Origin: Candidatus Poribacteria bacterium | Lineage (GTDB): Bacteria > Poribacteria > WGA-4E > WGA-3G | NCBI GenBank assembly: GCA_965197475.1 | Contig: CBDANF010000002.1 | Span: 1,344,001 to 1,408,000 of the forward strand | DNA: 64,000 nt | Direction: 5' to 3' | Shown here: piece after piece, positions 1-10,820 of the stretch | How the letters are laid out: every line of letters starts with the position of its first letter | How positions within the stretch are numbered: the first letter of the stretch is position 1 | The notes under the pieces: model-generated | The model's database searches: none | Seen by the model: the letters and a program-made list of their open reading frames with translations, nothing else | What the model was told of the DNA's origin: nothing | Position numbers and translations under genes: made by a program

Positions 1-90
1 CTCGAATTCCGATCTTTTCGGGATGCGGATGTTATTTTTCCGCGTAACGTTTGTACCATTATCGAAAGTGCTGAAAAACATCAACAGGAA

Positions 91-1194
91 TTGTTCAGTA
101 TATCTTCCTTGACAGATGCGATTCTTGACCGCAGTGAGACTGAAGAAATCGCCATTCAGGACGCACAAGGACGACCAATTCACGGTATGAACCTCGTCCA
201 TGGCTACGTCACCAACGTCAATGAAGAACGGATTGACCTGAAAACCGTTGATTCGAGTTATAGCCGACGTTGGGAGGTCGAAAGCGCGTATACGCATTTT
301 GATAATACTTTACGCCACCGAGTTCCTATTCATCGGAGGATGATACCATTTTTCGCGAACCGTCTTGTTACACAAAACGCACTTGTTGAACAGATAAGAG
401 AGAACCCACTCCAGCAAGAAGCACTATCCCAGTTAGCATATCCTAATTCTGTGAAAAGACGGTTGCGAATTCCATTGCTGAAGAAATTGCCTTCAAATGT
501 TGATATCCCTCTGCCTCTCAAGGTGATGGCACTCACGGGCAACAATACTGATGAAGAATTCCCGATCCTTGAACGTTTTGAATACGTTCATGAACACCAC
601 ATGCTTTATGAATCTGTCAACAACTTACGAAATGACCGACTCGCCAAAATGGACATATTATGGATAGGAAACGGCGAAATTTACAAGGCAGGCTACCGCC
701 TTAATATTGACACTGAACACCGTATCAAAAATTTCGTCAGTCAAGGGGGCGTTGTCATCGTTTCGGGGCAGGATGTGAAGGCAAACTACAGACAGAGACG
801 AGGCGCAGGATGGATTCCCGAACCGCTGACAGGTGTAGAATATGATGAAACGGATGAACTCTTACCAACTGGTCAAGGAAGAAGGAGTCGCGTCTTTCAT
901 ACCCCCAATGTGCTTAACACCACACCAGACACTAAAGAGATTCCCTTAGTTCAACTTGACGATATGTGGGTAGATCCGCTCGGTAAATGGAATTCACTTG
1001 CGAAATCTACCGCGCAAGATGCCTCAGCCTTGCTCACACTTCCGTTTCAGCAAGGGTTATATATTGTCACAAGTTTGAAGAATGAAACACAGAGAGACGT
1101 GGAAATAAACAATAAATTGATGGAGAATTTGCTACACTTTTCTGTTAAGTGGCTGGACAACCAGAAATGGAAGCAACGTATTTGGGGTCAATAA
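91..1194 (+). CDS. Hypothetical protein, probably the 3' part of a gene starting before the window; C-terminal region resembles a class I glutamine-amidotransferase-like fold
   Basis: 367-aa ORF with TTG start; the same frame is open back to position 1. The segment 'IKNFVSQGGVVIVSGQ' is typical of GATase1-like folds (recognition, not a search). Confidence 0.55.
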   Translation: MFSISSLTDAILDRSETEEIAIQDAQGRPIHGMNLVHGYVTNVNEERIDLKTVDSSYSRRWEVESAYTHFDNTLRHRVPIHRRMIPFFANRLVTQNALVEQIRENPLQQEALSQLAYPNSVKRRLRIPLLKKLPSNVDIPLPLKVMALTGNNTDEEFPILERFEYVHEHHMLYESVNNLRNDRLAKMDILWIGNGEIYKAGYRLNIDTEHRIKNFVSQGGVVIVSGQDVKANYRQRRGAGWIPEPLTGVEYDETDELLPTGQGRRSRVFHTPNVLNTTPDTKEIPLVQLDDMWVDPLGKWNSLAKSTAQDASALLTLPFQQGLYIVTSLKNETQRDVEINNKLMENLLHFSVKWLDNQKWKQRIWGQ

Positions 1195-1239
1195 ATTTCA
1201 ATATGGTAGTTTTGCATTAGAATTTTTTATAGTGAAATG

Positions 1240-1290
1240 CGAGAGACGTTATTAGGTTCGCGAACCTATCTAACCGGATAACGTCTCTCG
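1240..1290. terminator. Stem-loop between convergent genes (probable bidirectional terminator or REP-like element)
   Basis: Inverted repeat cgagagacgttat...ataacgtctctcg between the stop codons at 1194 and 1302. Confidence 0.55.
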
Positions 1291-1301
1291 TATTTTAATT
1301 T

Positions 1302-4300
1302 TTATTCTTTTTCCTTTTTATTACCTGCTTTTACCTGAGAGTTCTGTTTATCTGCTGTTTCTGAAGGTTTTTGCTTATCTGATGGTTTTACAGCGGTTGG
1401 CCCATTCCCGTTTTCCGCCGCCTTTACTGCTTTTCTAAGATCTTCTAAGGCTTTCGCAAGTACTTCAAAACGTTCTGCAAGAGTAGGTTCTTTTTCTCCG
1501 TTTGTTGTTTCATCGGTGTTCAATGTATCAGTTTTCTGTCCGACATCAACTGCTTTTATTACTGCCTCAGAAAATATAGGATCTGAAGCGAGAGTGTCGT
1601 TCGCTACAACTACAACCTGTTTAAACGTCGGACGTTTTATTTCCATATCTTCTTCTTTTTCTCCCTTTTTGCCTGTATCTGGCTTTTGATAGATTGCTTC
1701 AACGTGAAAAATACCGTCTTCAAGGGGAATTGAGTGCAAACTTGAACGCATAATAACATTCCCTGTTGACAATTCGAGGAACTTATTGGATAGTCCACCT
1801 GTAATTAGAGCTTCTACGTGCTTAGGACCTTTGACTTCGGGGGTATTGTTAAGCGTATAGACAATCCGTTCACCGTAATGAAGTGGATCACACCGTGCGA
1901 CTAACCATGCCTTCATATCAAATTCCTTTATCGGAGGAGTAAATGGAATCATGTTGACAAATTCCATGTGTGTTTCGCCAGGCAATCTGATCATAGCATA
2001 ATACGGCATCATCTCCTGATCATCCTTCCATACTATGCGTCCCTCCTCTCTCTTTCCGTCACCATATACCTCTTTAGGAATTTTCAGCTGCTTGCTTTTT
2101 CCGTCAAAAGTTTTGGCCTTCTCAACGTGATAGTCCTTATACATCTTAGCTTGAATGCGCGTTAGATAGTCTGGAAATCGGAGATGTGCGCGTAACCCTG
2201 GAGGCATTTCGTCAAACCCTTTAAATAGGTTCGGAAAGGCTTTTTGGTACGCATCCATAATTGCTTCATTGGCTTTAACGGCATAAAAATTTACCTCACC
2301 TGAATAAGCGTTAACGGCTGCTATACCGGAATTTCGAATGTAATTGAATTTCTCAAATTGGCGTTCGGCATCCTGGAAGTTATCTGGCACCTGGGCTGTG
2401 TCATCTTCATAGAATTGTGCATTCGGGTACCACTTACTCGTGATATAGAAGTCTACTATCCACCAGAGTTGTCCATTGTCAATAACAATATAAGGATCTG
2501 GATCGTAATCAAGGAACGGTGCAATATGCGAAAGTCGGTCAGATACAACCTTTTGCCCACGCCGTGTTCCAATCTTTCGCCAGAACATGATGCGACTATC
2601 CGGTAATAGAACAGCATTTTTATTATAGAGAATCTGCAAATCGAGAAATCGAATTGAAAAACAGAGGCGTCTGAACCATCCACTTAACTGAACGCCACCT
2701 ATTCCTTGATAATGATATCCTTCGTTTTCGTCTATTTCAGTTGTAGTTTGTGTTTCTTCCTCAGTTTGTGTTTCTTCCTCAGTTTGTGTTTCTTCCTCAG
2801 TTTGTGTTTCTTCCTCAGGGATTACCTCTGAAACTTCGGATTCAAAGTCATACTCACTTACTGTTGTGTTAACGAAGACATAGTCGTTCGTCATCTCACC
2901 ATAGTAAATCCTTGGGTGTGTCACCTCTAATTCTGGATAAGTAAAACTTGTCTCATTTTTTAATTTTTGGGGGTTCAACTTAACTTCTGTCCAGAATACC
3001 GGTGACTCCTTCTCATCAACAGCATTGACTGGGACAACATACACGCCATACCCATGCGTATAGACAAGTTTCCTTCTTCGCCAATTTCCAGTAATTCCCA
3101 AAACATCAGGATCTGGTTCAATTTCTCGTGCTGCAATTAGTACTTGTCTGTACTGTTCAGTAGATTCGGATTTTTCATTATCATCTTCTCCAGAAGTATC
3201 GGAGGCACTACTGACATAATACCGATCAATATCGGTATACGGATAAAAATTATGGTGCTTCACAAGATGTTCTGCCCGAAGGACATCATAAAGCACACGT
3301 CGATCCCAAAGCTGAACATTTTCCAGTACCTCTCTATTTTCCTTTTTATTCACTAACTCCAAAGTTGCAGGACCTGCGGTGTAGTTTTTTTTCTTAATAG
3401 AGTCTAAATCAAAAGCGGTTCGCGTGGATTTAATGTGCTTCTCTAAGTAAATACCTTCTACTTCAAGTACATCAGATTGGACATTCACAAAGTGTGATAC
3501 ACGCGGGTAAACGTGTAAAAGTGAAACATAACTTATGCACCATACTGCTATTGCGGCATACCATAGGATTCGTTTTCGCCAGAACACGTTAACTATAATT
3601 ACTATACCAATTGCCAAAAGGATTCCATAATAGAATAGTGTTGAACCTGCTAATTGGACATCTAAATAGAACATTCCACTCAATTTATTAAGGGTAGGGG
3701 TGGCAGATTTCGTGTATACCTTACCCCATAAATTCACATTACCTCGCCATATCTCCACTGCCAACAATACAAGCCACAAAACTGAACCGTGGAATACAAT
3801 ATTTCTTTTCACATAACCCTTAGAACGCGCATCACGACGATAGTAGAAATTATAAAGTAAACCCACAACTCCACAAGTTGATAATAGCAATATTTGTACC
3901 CAGAGACTAACCGCTTTATGCATAGGGAAGGAAAAAAGAAAAAAATTTAGATCTTTCCCAAACAGAATAGGTTCTACAATGTCAGTAGGACGTTCCAAAT
4001 AACGAAAAAAGGTATCCTGTAGAGGCATCATTGGAATAGCAAGAAGAATAGCAAGAACCACTGTGCCGCAAAAGAAAGCGCGATGAAACGAGACAGTACG
4101 CTCATGCGTCCATCGAGCAAATTCTCGCGGTTCCGGGCAAAGTCGATTAGCAATTACAGCATTGACATTCATGAATGCTAATGCGACGAAGAAAAATCCT
4201 GCAAAGATACCCCATCGCATCTTCCGAATTTTCCAAAAGACATCAGCATAATTTACGCTTGCAAACCATAGGTGTTCCGTAAAGAGATAGGCAAACGGAA

Positions 4301-4475
4301 ACATGCTGCTCAGCAGTGCGACACCGCCTATCCCCCAAAGCAGATATGCCTGGATTTTCAACGTAAGTTTCCTATACCAAATACCTTTCCGATATCGGAA
4401 GATACCCCATACCAGCGTGATCGTGATGATAAAAACATTGAAAAGTAACCATGCAATGGCCAGATCTGGTGTCAT
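1302..4475 (-). CDS. UPF0182 family integral membrane protein
   Basis: 1057 aa; many N-terminal TM segments; UPF0182 motifs 'NVQLWD', 'LVYTHGYG', 'PRIYYGE', 'IAPFLDYDPDPY', 'NYIRNS', 'PPGLRAHLRFP'. Confidence 0.9.
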   Translation of the reverse strand: MTPDLAIAWLLFNVFIITITLVWGIFRYRKGIWYRKLTLKIQAYLLWGIGGVALLSSMFPFAYLFTEHLWFASVNYADVFWKIRKMRWGIFAGFFFVALAFMNVNAVIANRLCPEPREFARWTHERTVSFHRAFFCGTVVLAILLAIPMMPLQDTFFRYLERPTDIVEPILFGKDLNFFLFSFPMHKAVSLWVQILLLSTCGVVGLLYNFYYRRDARSKGYVKRNIVFHGSVLWLVLLAVEIWRGNVNLWGKVYTKSATPTLNKLSGMFYLDVQLAGSTLFYYGILLAIGIVIIVNVFWRKRILWYAAIAVWCISYVSLLHVYPRVSHFVNVQSDVLEVEGIYLEKHIKSTRTAFDLDSIKKKNYTAGPATLELVNKKENREVLENVQLWDRRVLYDVLRAEHLVKHHNFYPYTDIDRYYVSSASDTSGEDDNEKSESTEQYRQVLIAAREIEPDPDVLGITGNWRRRKLVYTHGYGVYVVPVNAVDEKESPVFWTEVKLNPQKLKNETSFTYPELEVTHPRIYYGEMTNDYVFVNTTVSEYDFESEVSEVIPEEETQTEEETQTEEETQTEEETQTTTEIDENEGYHYQGIGGVQLSGWFRRLCFSIRFLDLQILYNKNAVLLPDSRIMFWRKIGTRRGQKVVSDRLSHIAPFLDYDPDPYIVIDNGQLWWIVDFYITSKWYPNAQFYEDDTAQVPDNFQDAERQFEKFNYIRNSGIAAVNAYSGEVNFYAVKANEAIMDAYQKAFPNLFKGFDEMPPGLRAHLRFPDYLTRIQAKMYKDYHVEKAKTFDGKSKQLKIPKEVYGDGKREEGRIVWKDDQEMMPYYAMIRLPGETHMEFVNMIPFTPPIKEFDMKAWLVARCDPLHYGERIVYTLNNTPEVKGPKHVEALITGGLSNKFLELSTGNVIMRSSLHSIPLEDGIFHVEAIYQKPDTGKKGEKEEDMEIKRPTFKQVVVVANDTLASDPIFSEAVIKAVDVGQKTDTLNTDETTNGEKEPTLAERFEVLAKALEDLRKAVKAAENGNGPTAVKPSDKQKPSETADKQNSQVKAGNKKEKE
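2745..2816. repeat. Perfect 18-bp tandem repeat x4 encoding (EEETQT)4 inside the UPF0182 gene
   Basis: agtttgtgtttcttcctc repeated four times. Confidence 0.95.
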
Positions 4476-4808
4476 AAGAAATACCTCATTTAGTTTCGGT
4501 AGGGGAGTAGTCTAAAGCAGCTAAGCAAATGGTAACCTCTGATTTTATGCCGTAGACCGCTTGTACACATCGCAGTGCTGGGCAATGTTTTTATATAGAA
4601 TACCATCATTTTTATGCCGATGTCAAGGCAATCACAAAAGTTGTTATTGCGAACATTAATCTCTGAATACATGTTTTCAGGCATAGCAGTAAATCCTTCT
4701 GAAAATTAAGTTTCTCATTTTTTAAATTTTTGCTATAATGAGGAAAGTTGCAAGATGGACTTGCAAGTTACGACTCATACTCACCCATAATAAGCAAGGA
4801 GGCTTGTT

Positions 4809-5267
4809 ATGTTCGGAAGGAAAAAAAGAATGACAGGAATGATTCCGACAATTAGTTCTGGGGTCGCAGGTCCCCTCGGCGTGTTACATCTCCCTCGATT
4901 TTGGTCTAAAGTATTGATGGATGCCAAGGGTGTCCTTCACGAAGACTACCCCGCATGCGGAATGGGGTATGATCAGATGGTGTTAGACGCACTTGGACTT
5001 GATAAGGACGCAACGCTAGCATATATCAGTGACAACTCACCTACCTACCCGCAATTTGAAGCATGGGTTTTAGAGCAGAGCGGTGGTAGTCTTGATACTG
5101 ATGCAGTCGCTAAGTTGAATGCTGATATTGAAGGTTATCATCATGATGACGATACCCGCACAAGCATTCTTGGCGCGAGCGGAATCGAAGACGACGGCAC
5201 TATTTTAGATGCTGTCAACCTCAACAACCTTGATGACTGGTATGAACTTCACGCCAGTTTAGGTTAG
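4809..5267 (+). CDS. DUF5069-like small protein
   Basis: 152 aa; 'GVLHLPRFWSK...YPACGMGYDQMVLDALG' resembles DUF5069; AGGAGG RBS before ATG 4809; upstream TGCTATAAT -10. Confidence 0.65.
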   Translation: MFGRKKRMTGMIPTISSGVAGPLGVLHLPRFWSKVLMDAKGVLHEDYPACGMGYDQMVLDALGLDKDATLAYISDNSPTYPQFEAWVLEQSGGSLDTDAVAKLNADIEGYHHDDDTRTSILGASGIEDDGTILDAVNLNNLDDWYELHASLG

Positions 5268-5273
5268 ACGTTT

Positions 5274-5321
5274 AGGCATCTCCATGTAGGGCGTGATGAA
5301 CACGTCCACATTGAGATGCCT
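5274..5321. terminator. Stem-loop between convergent genes
   Basis: aggcatctc...gagatgcct inverted repeat followed by a T-rich tract. Confidence 0.55.
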
Positions 5322-5336
5322 ATTTTGTCTTAATGG

Positions 5337-6395
5337 TTACTTGTCCGCTTCCGTCGTTAATTCGATTGCGCTACCCGTTTCAGAGGATTTGAGACCCGCA
5401 AGCAGGATTTCAGTTACATGCCGTGCCGTGTAGACATTTGAGAGCGGCGGTTGTGTTCCCGCTCGAATATGTTCGGCGAAATGGGCGTGCATACCGCTCG
5501 GTGCAACATCGCTGCAGTCAATCGCTTTGGTATCAACGGGAGCATGTTCGCGGGTATAAGAGGTAGGTGTCCATTGCGTAAGCGCAGCACCATCTCTACC
5601 GGGCATGGTGAACTTGCCAGCAGTGCCGTGGACACTTGATTCGCCCGTTCGCGCAGGATCACACCAACTTGTTTCAGCGGTGACAATGCCTCCCGATTGC
5701 ATCTCAAGCACGAGCGTTGCAACGTCTTCTAACTCTGTCGGTTTGTCAAAAGTAGAGACGAAGCCTGTTACGCGTTTAAAGGTTCCGAGCATCGCGACAA
5801 GTCCGGAAACTGCATAAACTCCCATATCAAAAAGCGCACCAACGCTCGCTTGTTTAGCGTCAAAAAACCATAAATCGTCTCCAGATTCGCCGAAAATATC
5901 GCGGATTTCAGCATAGTAAATCTCGGGACCGCCATGGCTACTACGCATTCTCGCACCTGACACACGTCCAATCGCATTTTCAGCAATGAGTTGGCGAACT
6001 TTATAGATACCCGCACTGAAATGTGGAAGACACATCACTGTTTTGGCACTCGCTTCAGCAGCATTGACAAATTGATTAGCTTCATCCATATCACCGCAGA
6101 GCGGTTTTTGCATCAACACATGCTTCCCTGCTTCCAATGCTTTAACGCCCCAAGGCACATGCAAGGGATGCGGGGTGCCAATAACGATAGCGTCAAGTGT
6201 GTCGTCTGCTATAATCGCATCGTAATCCTGGGTCCAGCGCGGAATATCGAATTCTTGACACTGATGTTTAAGACGGTGTTCACGTCTGCCCCCAATCACA
6301 ACGACTTCAAAATCGTCTCCTCTTGTCAAATCAGGTAGATGCATTCGGCAGACGATACCACCAGCACCAATAACGCCGAGTTTTAGTTTATCCAT
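5337..6395 (-). CDS. Gfo/Idh/MocA family oxidoreductase
   Basis: GVIGAGGI Rossmann motif, 'GKHVLMQKP', 'GALFDMGVY'. Confidence 0.9.
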   Translation of the reverse strand: MDKLKLGVIGAGGIVCRMHLPDLTRGDDFEVVVIGGRREHRLKHQCQEFDIPRWTQDYDAIIADDTLDAIVIGTPHPLHVPWGVKALEAGKHVLMQKPLCGDMDEANQFVNAAEASAKTVMCLPHFSAGIYKVRQLIAENAIGRVSGARMRSSHGGPEIYYAEIRDIFGESGDDLWFFDAKQASVGALFDMGVYAVSGLVAMLGTFKRVTGFVSTFDKPTELEDVATLVLEMQSGGIVTAETSWCDPARTGESSVHGTAGKFTMPGRDGAALTQWTPTSYTREHAPVDTKAIDCSDVAPSGMHAHFAEHIRAGTQPPLSNVYTARHVTEILLAGLKSSETGSAIELTTEADK

Positions 6396-6435
6396 GATTC
6401 TAAATAATTCCTTATAATGAAAATAATCCCTTAAA

Positions 6436-6945
6436 ATGAAACAGTTACGAAATACAGCACTTAAACACTTTTTACAACAGTCTGGTTCTCCATCGATTGA
6501 TCTCGTTTTTGTTCTTCAAGACGTTGAAGATCCGGTTAACGTCGGGGCAACCTTCAGGATTGCCGATGCGTGCGGCGTTCGCGAGATTGTATTAGCTGGT
6601 ATTAGCGCGCATCCACCGAACCCGATGATCGCAGGTATCGGGCGCGGCACACATCGCCGAGTTCCATGGCACACAACAAAATATGCTGCTGATGCCATTA
6701 AAAAATATAAAGAAGATGGTTATCTCGCGTGTGCCTTAGAGGTAGCATCGGATGCTGTGCCTTATCATACAGTTGAATATCCTGAAAAAGTATGCTTGAT
6801 TGTCGGAAACGAGTATCGCGGCATTTCCCGACGAACTTTTGATGTCTGCGATACGGCAATCTATCTTCCAATGTACGGTAAAGTTGGTTCTTTGAATGTC
6901 CACGTCGCACTCGCTGTTGCTACATACCATATTTTACATAAATGA
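6436..6945 (+). CDS. TrmH/SpoU family RNA methyltransferase
   Basis: SPOUT motifs 'DPVNVGATFR', 'LIVGNEYRG', 'YLPMYGKVGSLNV'. Confidence 0.9.
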   Translation: MKQLRNTALKHFLQQSGSPSIDLVFVLQDVEDPVNVGATFRIADACGVREIVLAGISAHPPNPMIAGIGRGTHRRVPWHTTKYAADAIKKYKEDGYLACALEVASDAVPYHTVEYPEKVCLIVGNEYRGISRRTFDVCDTAIYLPMYGKVGSLNVHVALAVATYHILHK

Positions 6946-7126
6946 GAACATACGCAGTATCTATTTTATGTCAAGTGTTATTGCGTAAGTCCCAGGGACA
7001 TTCAATTCTCCAGTAGTTGCAACCTTCTGATCAAGGTCACTCCTCTGTCCGAGCAACCTCCCGGTCGCGACTAGACGGCTAAAACGCACAAAAAACCGAA
7101 AACTGAATGGCTCTGCGTAAGCCCTG
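6946..7126. repeat. Composite of degenerate MITE/IS ends
   Basis: tgcgtaagtccc and tgcgtaagccctg match the terminus of the 123-bp MITE (13766, 22375); ccgaaaactgaatggctctg matches the ISAs1 remnant end near 63855-63874. Confidence 0.5.
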
Positions 7127-7171
7127 ATTATAAAAAACAGCATAGATGTTTTTACTTTACTGCTTCAGAAT

Positions 7172-7450
7172 CTATTTTAAAGGATTTGGTACATCCAAAG
7201 GACTCCAAATGCCTTTTTCTTCTTCTATTTTCTGCATCAGATCTCTATATGCTGTGATCGCTTCATTCTCCTCCGAATATCTTGCTATGTTTACTCTTCT
7301 AATCTTGTCATTCTGTATTGGAACTAATGCAATGAGTGAAAAATAATCACTGTCAGTCGCAACAAGTATTTGCAAACACATATCAATATTAATTGCAGAG
7401 ACAACTGCATTATATTTTGTATCTTCTAAATCTGTTATAAACATTCTCAA
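7172..7450 (-). CDS. Small hypothetical protein (AT-rich)
   Basis: 92-aa ORF with an AGGAG RBS upstream of a TTG start. Confidence 0.5.
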   Translation of the reverse strand: MRMFITDLEDTKYNAVVSAINIDMCLQILVATDSDYFSLIALVPIQNDKIRRVNIARYSEENEAITAYRDLMQKIEEEKGIWSPLDVPNPLK

Positions 7451-7666
7451 TTATCTCCTAAAATAGCCCAGATTCCAATCCTCATGCGGATGATTGACTT
7501 ATATCCTCGTATTCTGTGGTTGCAAGGCACAATGTCGTGCTAACTCAATATGATTATGTTGTAATTTATGTTAAAAGTCAATAAAAATCGGTAATTACGG
7601 TAAGTAGGAGCGATCGCCAAATCGCGATACATTGTCTGAACAAGGATTCACAGTAAGACGTGTTGT

Positions 7667-10171
7667 TTACTCTTTCGGATTAAAGAGTTCTGGATCAATT
7701 TCAGCGTTGATGATAACGTTGCTGAAATGTGATTCATGGTGTGAGTTATCCTTTGTAATCGACTGATACGGAAGCATGATACCGTCCACATCCTTGTATT
7801 GCCCAAAGATTTTCAATACGTTCATTTGTTCCCCTTCAATCTCAAGCTGCACAAGATAGTGTGTTTTGTCGCTAATAAAGATTTTGAGTGATGCCCCGGA
7901 AGGTTGCTTAACACGCAGCACCGATGCGGTTCCATCTTTCACATTCTCTGTTCCCACATATTGCACAGGAACCTTGTTTTGCGCCAGCGTTTTCAGCAGC
8001 CATATCGGTTCACGGAACGCCATATCTTTATCGCCCTTAATTTGCGCTTTCTCTTGTTCAGCGGGCATTCGTTGAAATGTATCGCCGACCCCTATGTATA
8101 TCGCTTCACCGTCAGATAAAATGGTGTACTGTTCATTCTTGGTTGTATAGAAATCGGATCGATACTTATCAGGGTATAGGTATGCTTTCCCGCCGCCATA
8201 CATTTGCAGAGAACCATCTGGACGCCCTTGAAAGAGCTGATAATCCCGCACCATGTTTTTCACAGCGATTAGTTTTTCACGCCCGCCGTGTGCTGCAACT
8301 GCCTTTGAGACAATATCTTCGGCTTTTGGGTCTGTGTTTTCCGCATCAGTATTTTCCGCAGGGTTCTCAAACCTCACATCGGAAGATAGCAACATCTTTG
8401 TGGAAGACTTCGGACTAAAGAGTTCGGGGTCAATTTCAGCGTTGAGGGTGACTTCGGTAAAAAATATTTCATTCTGCCACTTGTGCTTTTCGATCCAATG
8501 ATGCACAAATTGAATGCCGTCTACATCCTTATACTGCTCTAAAGATATAACTGTGTTTTCGGGTCCGTCTGCAACCTCAACCTCAAACTGCAACTGCACA
8601 ACATAGTTTGTTTTTTGACTGATAAAGATTTTGATCGGTTTCCCTGAAGGTTGCTTAACACGCAGCACCGAAGCAGGCGCACCTTTGACATTCTTTGTTC
8701 CCAAATATTGCACAGGTATCTCGTTTTGAGCGAGGGTAGGCAACAGCCACATCGGTTGACGGAACAACACATCTTTATGGATCTCAATTTGAGATTTAGC
8801 TTCCGCAGGGGACATCTGTTCAAATTTTTCGCCTTTTGACGTATATATTGAGGTGCCATCAAATAAAAAGGTGGATGCCTCTTCTGCATTGTCAGTGTAG
8901 GCTTCGATGCGTAATTTATCACGATAAAAGACACTTTTGCCGCGCTTACCTTCTTCAATAGAACTATCCGAACGGCGTCTAAATACACGATAATTCATCA
9001 CAATGTTTTTCACTACTTGTAGTTTTTCAAGTCCGCCGTGTGCTGCAACCGCCGCCGCGATAATCTCTTTTGTTCTCGGATCAGCGTATGTTGCGAGATT
9101 TTCCGTGACCAGTTCATCTACTGCTTTTTCAAGGGCGGCCCCGGTGAGATGTGTCTTTCGGATAACGCCTTCACTATCAATCAGAAAGACAGCGGGAAGC
9201 GCGCGCACCTGATACATATCAACAAGTTTTGCTACACTGACTTGAGTATGAATCCGTGTGGTTTCCTCATTGTCTGCAGCATCTAAAACAGAGGGGTTCA
9301 ACGGGTCTACGTTGATATTGATAATCTGAAACCGTTGGTCTTTGTATTTTTCATGAACCTGTTTCAGAATTGGCGTGTCCGATGCGCCAAAATAAAGCAA
9401 CACCACCTGTCCCCAGCATAGATGCAAGGCGTGCCATTTACTTGTCATATCCTCCAACCAAAAATTGGGTGCCTGTTGACCTATCCATGCGTTGTGAACT
9501 TTGGGGATTTCACCTGTTCGTAAAACGCTACCAAGTTCAAGCATCCGCCGCGCAATCCGTGCCTGCAACCCGCCTGCAAACTTCGGATGCGTTATCAGTT
9601 TTCTATAGACCGCATCTGCTTTATCGTGCTGGTTGTGTTTGTCATGTGCCAACCCTAATTCCAGCAAACCCCGTTCAAGCGGGCTCCACCTTAACTTGTC
9701 CCACATTCTATCAGGATAATGCGTCACAACGATACGATCTGGCGTGGAATCCTTTATCAGTTTTTCAAGGACAGTGATTCCTGTTTCAATACGTCCTAAT
9801 TGCACCGACGCTCTGCCAAGATAGTAGTAGACTGCATCTATCTGTTCAGATGATGGATACGTATTGATAAAGTCGTTTGACATCGTAACCAACGTCTCTA
9901 ATAGTTCAGGATCGGTTGGGTCGGTGAGGTGCTTCATAAATGCGTGTATCGCTGTAATCGAAAGCGCGTTATATGCTTTATCCGTGGCACGTTCATCAAG
10001 GTTCCTTGGATTCACCTCGACATTTGCATCTAACTGCTGCGCATTGGTCGTGTTGACACTAAAGACAACTATCATCAGTAGTGTCAGAACACTGCTCAGC
10101 CATATACCCAATCTTATTTGTTTTCGGAAAAACATCGTGACACCTCCGTAAGTGCACATTTTAGTCATCAA
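7667..10171 (-). CDS. Secreted multidomain protein: TPR + TlpA/redoxin-like domain lacking CxxC + two tandem LolA-like (lipoprotein-sorting-type) domains
   Basis: Signal-peptide-like N-terminus (real start probably a few codons in); TPR-like helices; 'APNF...YQVRALPAVFLIDSEGVIR'; two repeats of 'AVAAHGG.EKL..VKN...YKDVDGI...NAEIDPELF'. Confidence 0.75.
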   Translation of the reverse strand: MMTKMCTYGGVTMFFRKQIRLGIWLSSVLTLLMIVVFSVNTTNAQQLDANVEVNPRNLDERATDKAYNALSITAIHAFMKHLTDPTDPELLETLVTMSNDFINTYPSSEQIDAVYYYLGRASVQLGRIETGITVLEKLIKDSTPDRIVVTHYPDRMWDKLRWSPLERGLLELGLAHDKHNQHDKADAVYRKLITHPKFAGGLQARIARRMLELGSVLRTGEIPKVHNAWIGQQAPNFWLEDMTSKWHALHLCWGQVVLLYFGASDTPILKQVHEKYKDQRFQIININVDPLNPSVLDAADNEETTRIHTQVSVAKLVDMYQVRALPAVFLIDSEGVIRKTHLTGAALEKAVDELVTENLATYADPRTKEIIAAAVAAHGGLEKLQVVKNIVMNYRVFRRRSDSSIEEGKRGKSVFYRDKLRIEAYTDNAEEASTFLFDGTSIYTSKGEKFEQMSPAEAKSQIEIHKDVLFRQPMWLLPTLAQNEIPVQYLGTKNVKGAPASVLRVKQPSGKPIKIFISQKTNYVVQLQFEVEVADGPENTVISLEQYKDVDGIQFVHHWIEKHKWQNEIFFTEVTLNAEIDPELFSPKSSTKMLLSSDVRFENPAENTDAENTDPKAEDIVSKAVAAHGGREKLIAVKNMVRDYQLFQGRPDGSLQMYGGGKAYLYPDKYRSDFYTTKNEQYTILSDGEAIYIGVGDTFQRMPAEQEKAQIKGDKDMAFREPIWLLKTLAQNKVPVQYVGTENVKDGTASVLRVKQPSGASLKIFISDKTHYLVQLEIEGEQMNVLKIFGQYKDVDGIMLPYQSITKDNSHHESHFSNVIINAEIDPELFNPKE

Positions 10172-10820
10172 TCGGTGTTAAAATGACATTGCGGTAAGCA
10201 ACAGGACCGTGATCACCCTGCAACAATAAGGGACCCGTAGCCGCTTCATCTGCCAACATCGCCCCGCGCGTAACCCCTGCCACCTCAACGTTCTCGTGAA
10301 CTACCTGTCCATTCCACACGACTTTGACAAAGGTAGCATTGGCAGTTTTATTGTTGTTCGCATCAAACTGCGGTGCGCGGAAGGTAATATCATACGTTTG
10401 CCATTTACCCGGCGGTTTGCTTGCATTGACACGCGGCGGAACGCCGTCGACCGGTTTATTGTCAATCCAACGACAATAAACACCTCCGCATGTCCCATAG
10501 TGTAGTTCCGTTGCGCCCCAACTATCTAATATCTGAATCTCATACCTACCCATTACGTAAACACCCGAGTTTGAACCTTGCGGCACCATAAATTCGACGT
10601 GCAGTTCGCAATCACCATGTTCATATTCTGTATAGAGATCGGCTGTTCGTCCTGTGGGACCGTTGTAAAAAATGCCTTCCCCAGGAGTCGCTGCTAACAA
10701 CTTATTGTCGTCTGGATTGAGCGCGACATCACCAATAGCAGACCATGCATGTTCCGAGGCACCACCTCTGGCTAACCAACCTCCCATATTCTTACCATTA
10801 AATAGAGCAACTTGCGACAT
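10161..10820 (-). CDS. DUF1080 (3-keto-disaccharide hydrolase family) protein
   Basis: 'LFNGKNMGGW', 'NSGVYVMGRYEIQILDS', 'WQTYDITF', 'LQGDHGPVAYRN'. Confidence 0.9.
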   Translation of the reverse strand: MSQVALFNGKNMGGWLARGGASEHAWSAIGDVALNPDDNKLLAATPGEGIFYNGPTGRTADLYTEYEHGDCELHVEFMVPQGSNSGVYVMGRYEIQILDSWGATELHYGTCGGVYCRWIDNKPVDGVPPRVNASKPPGKWQTYDITFRAPQFDANNNKTANATFVKVVWNGQVVHENVEVAGVTRGAMLADEAATGPLLLQGDHGPVAYRNVILTPIDD

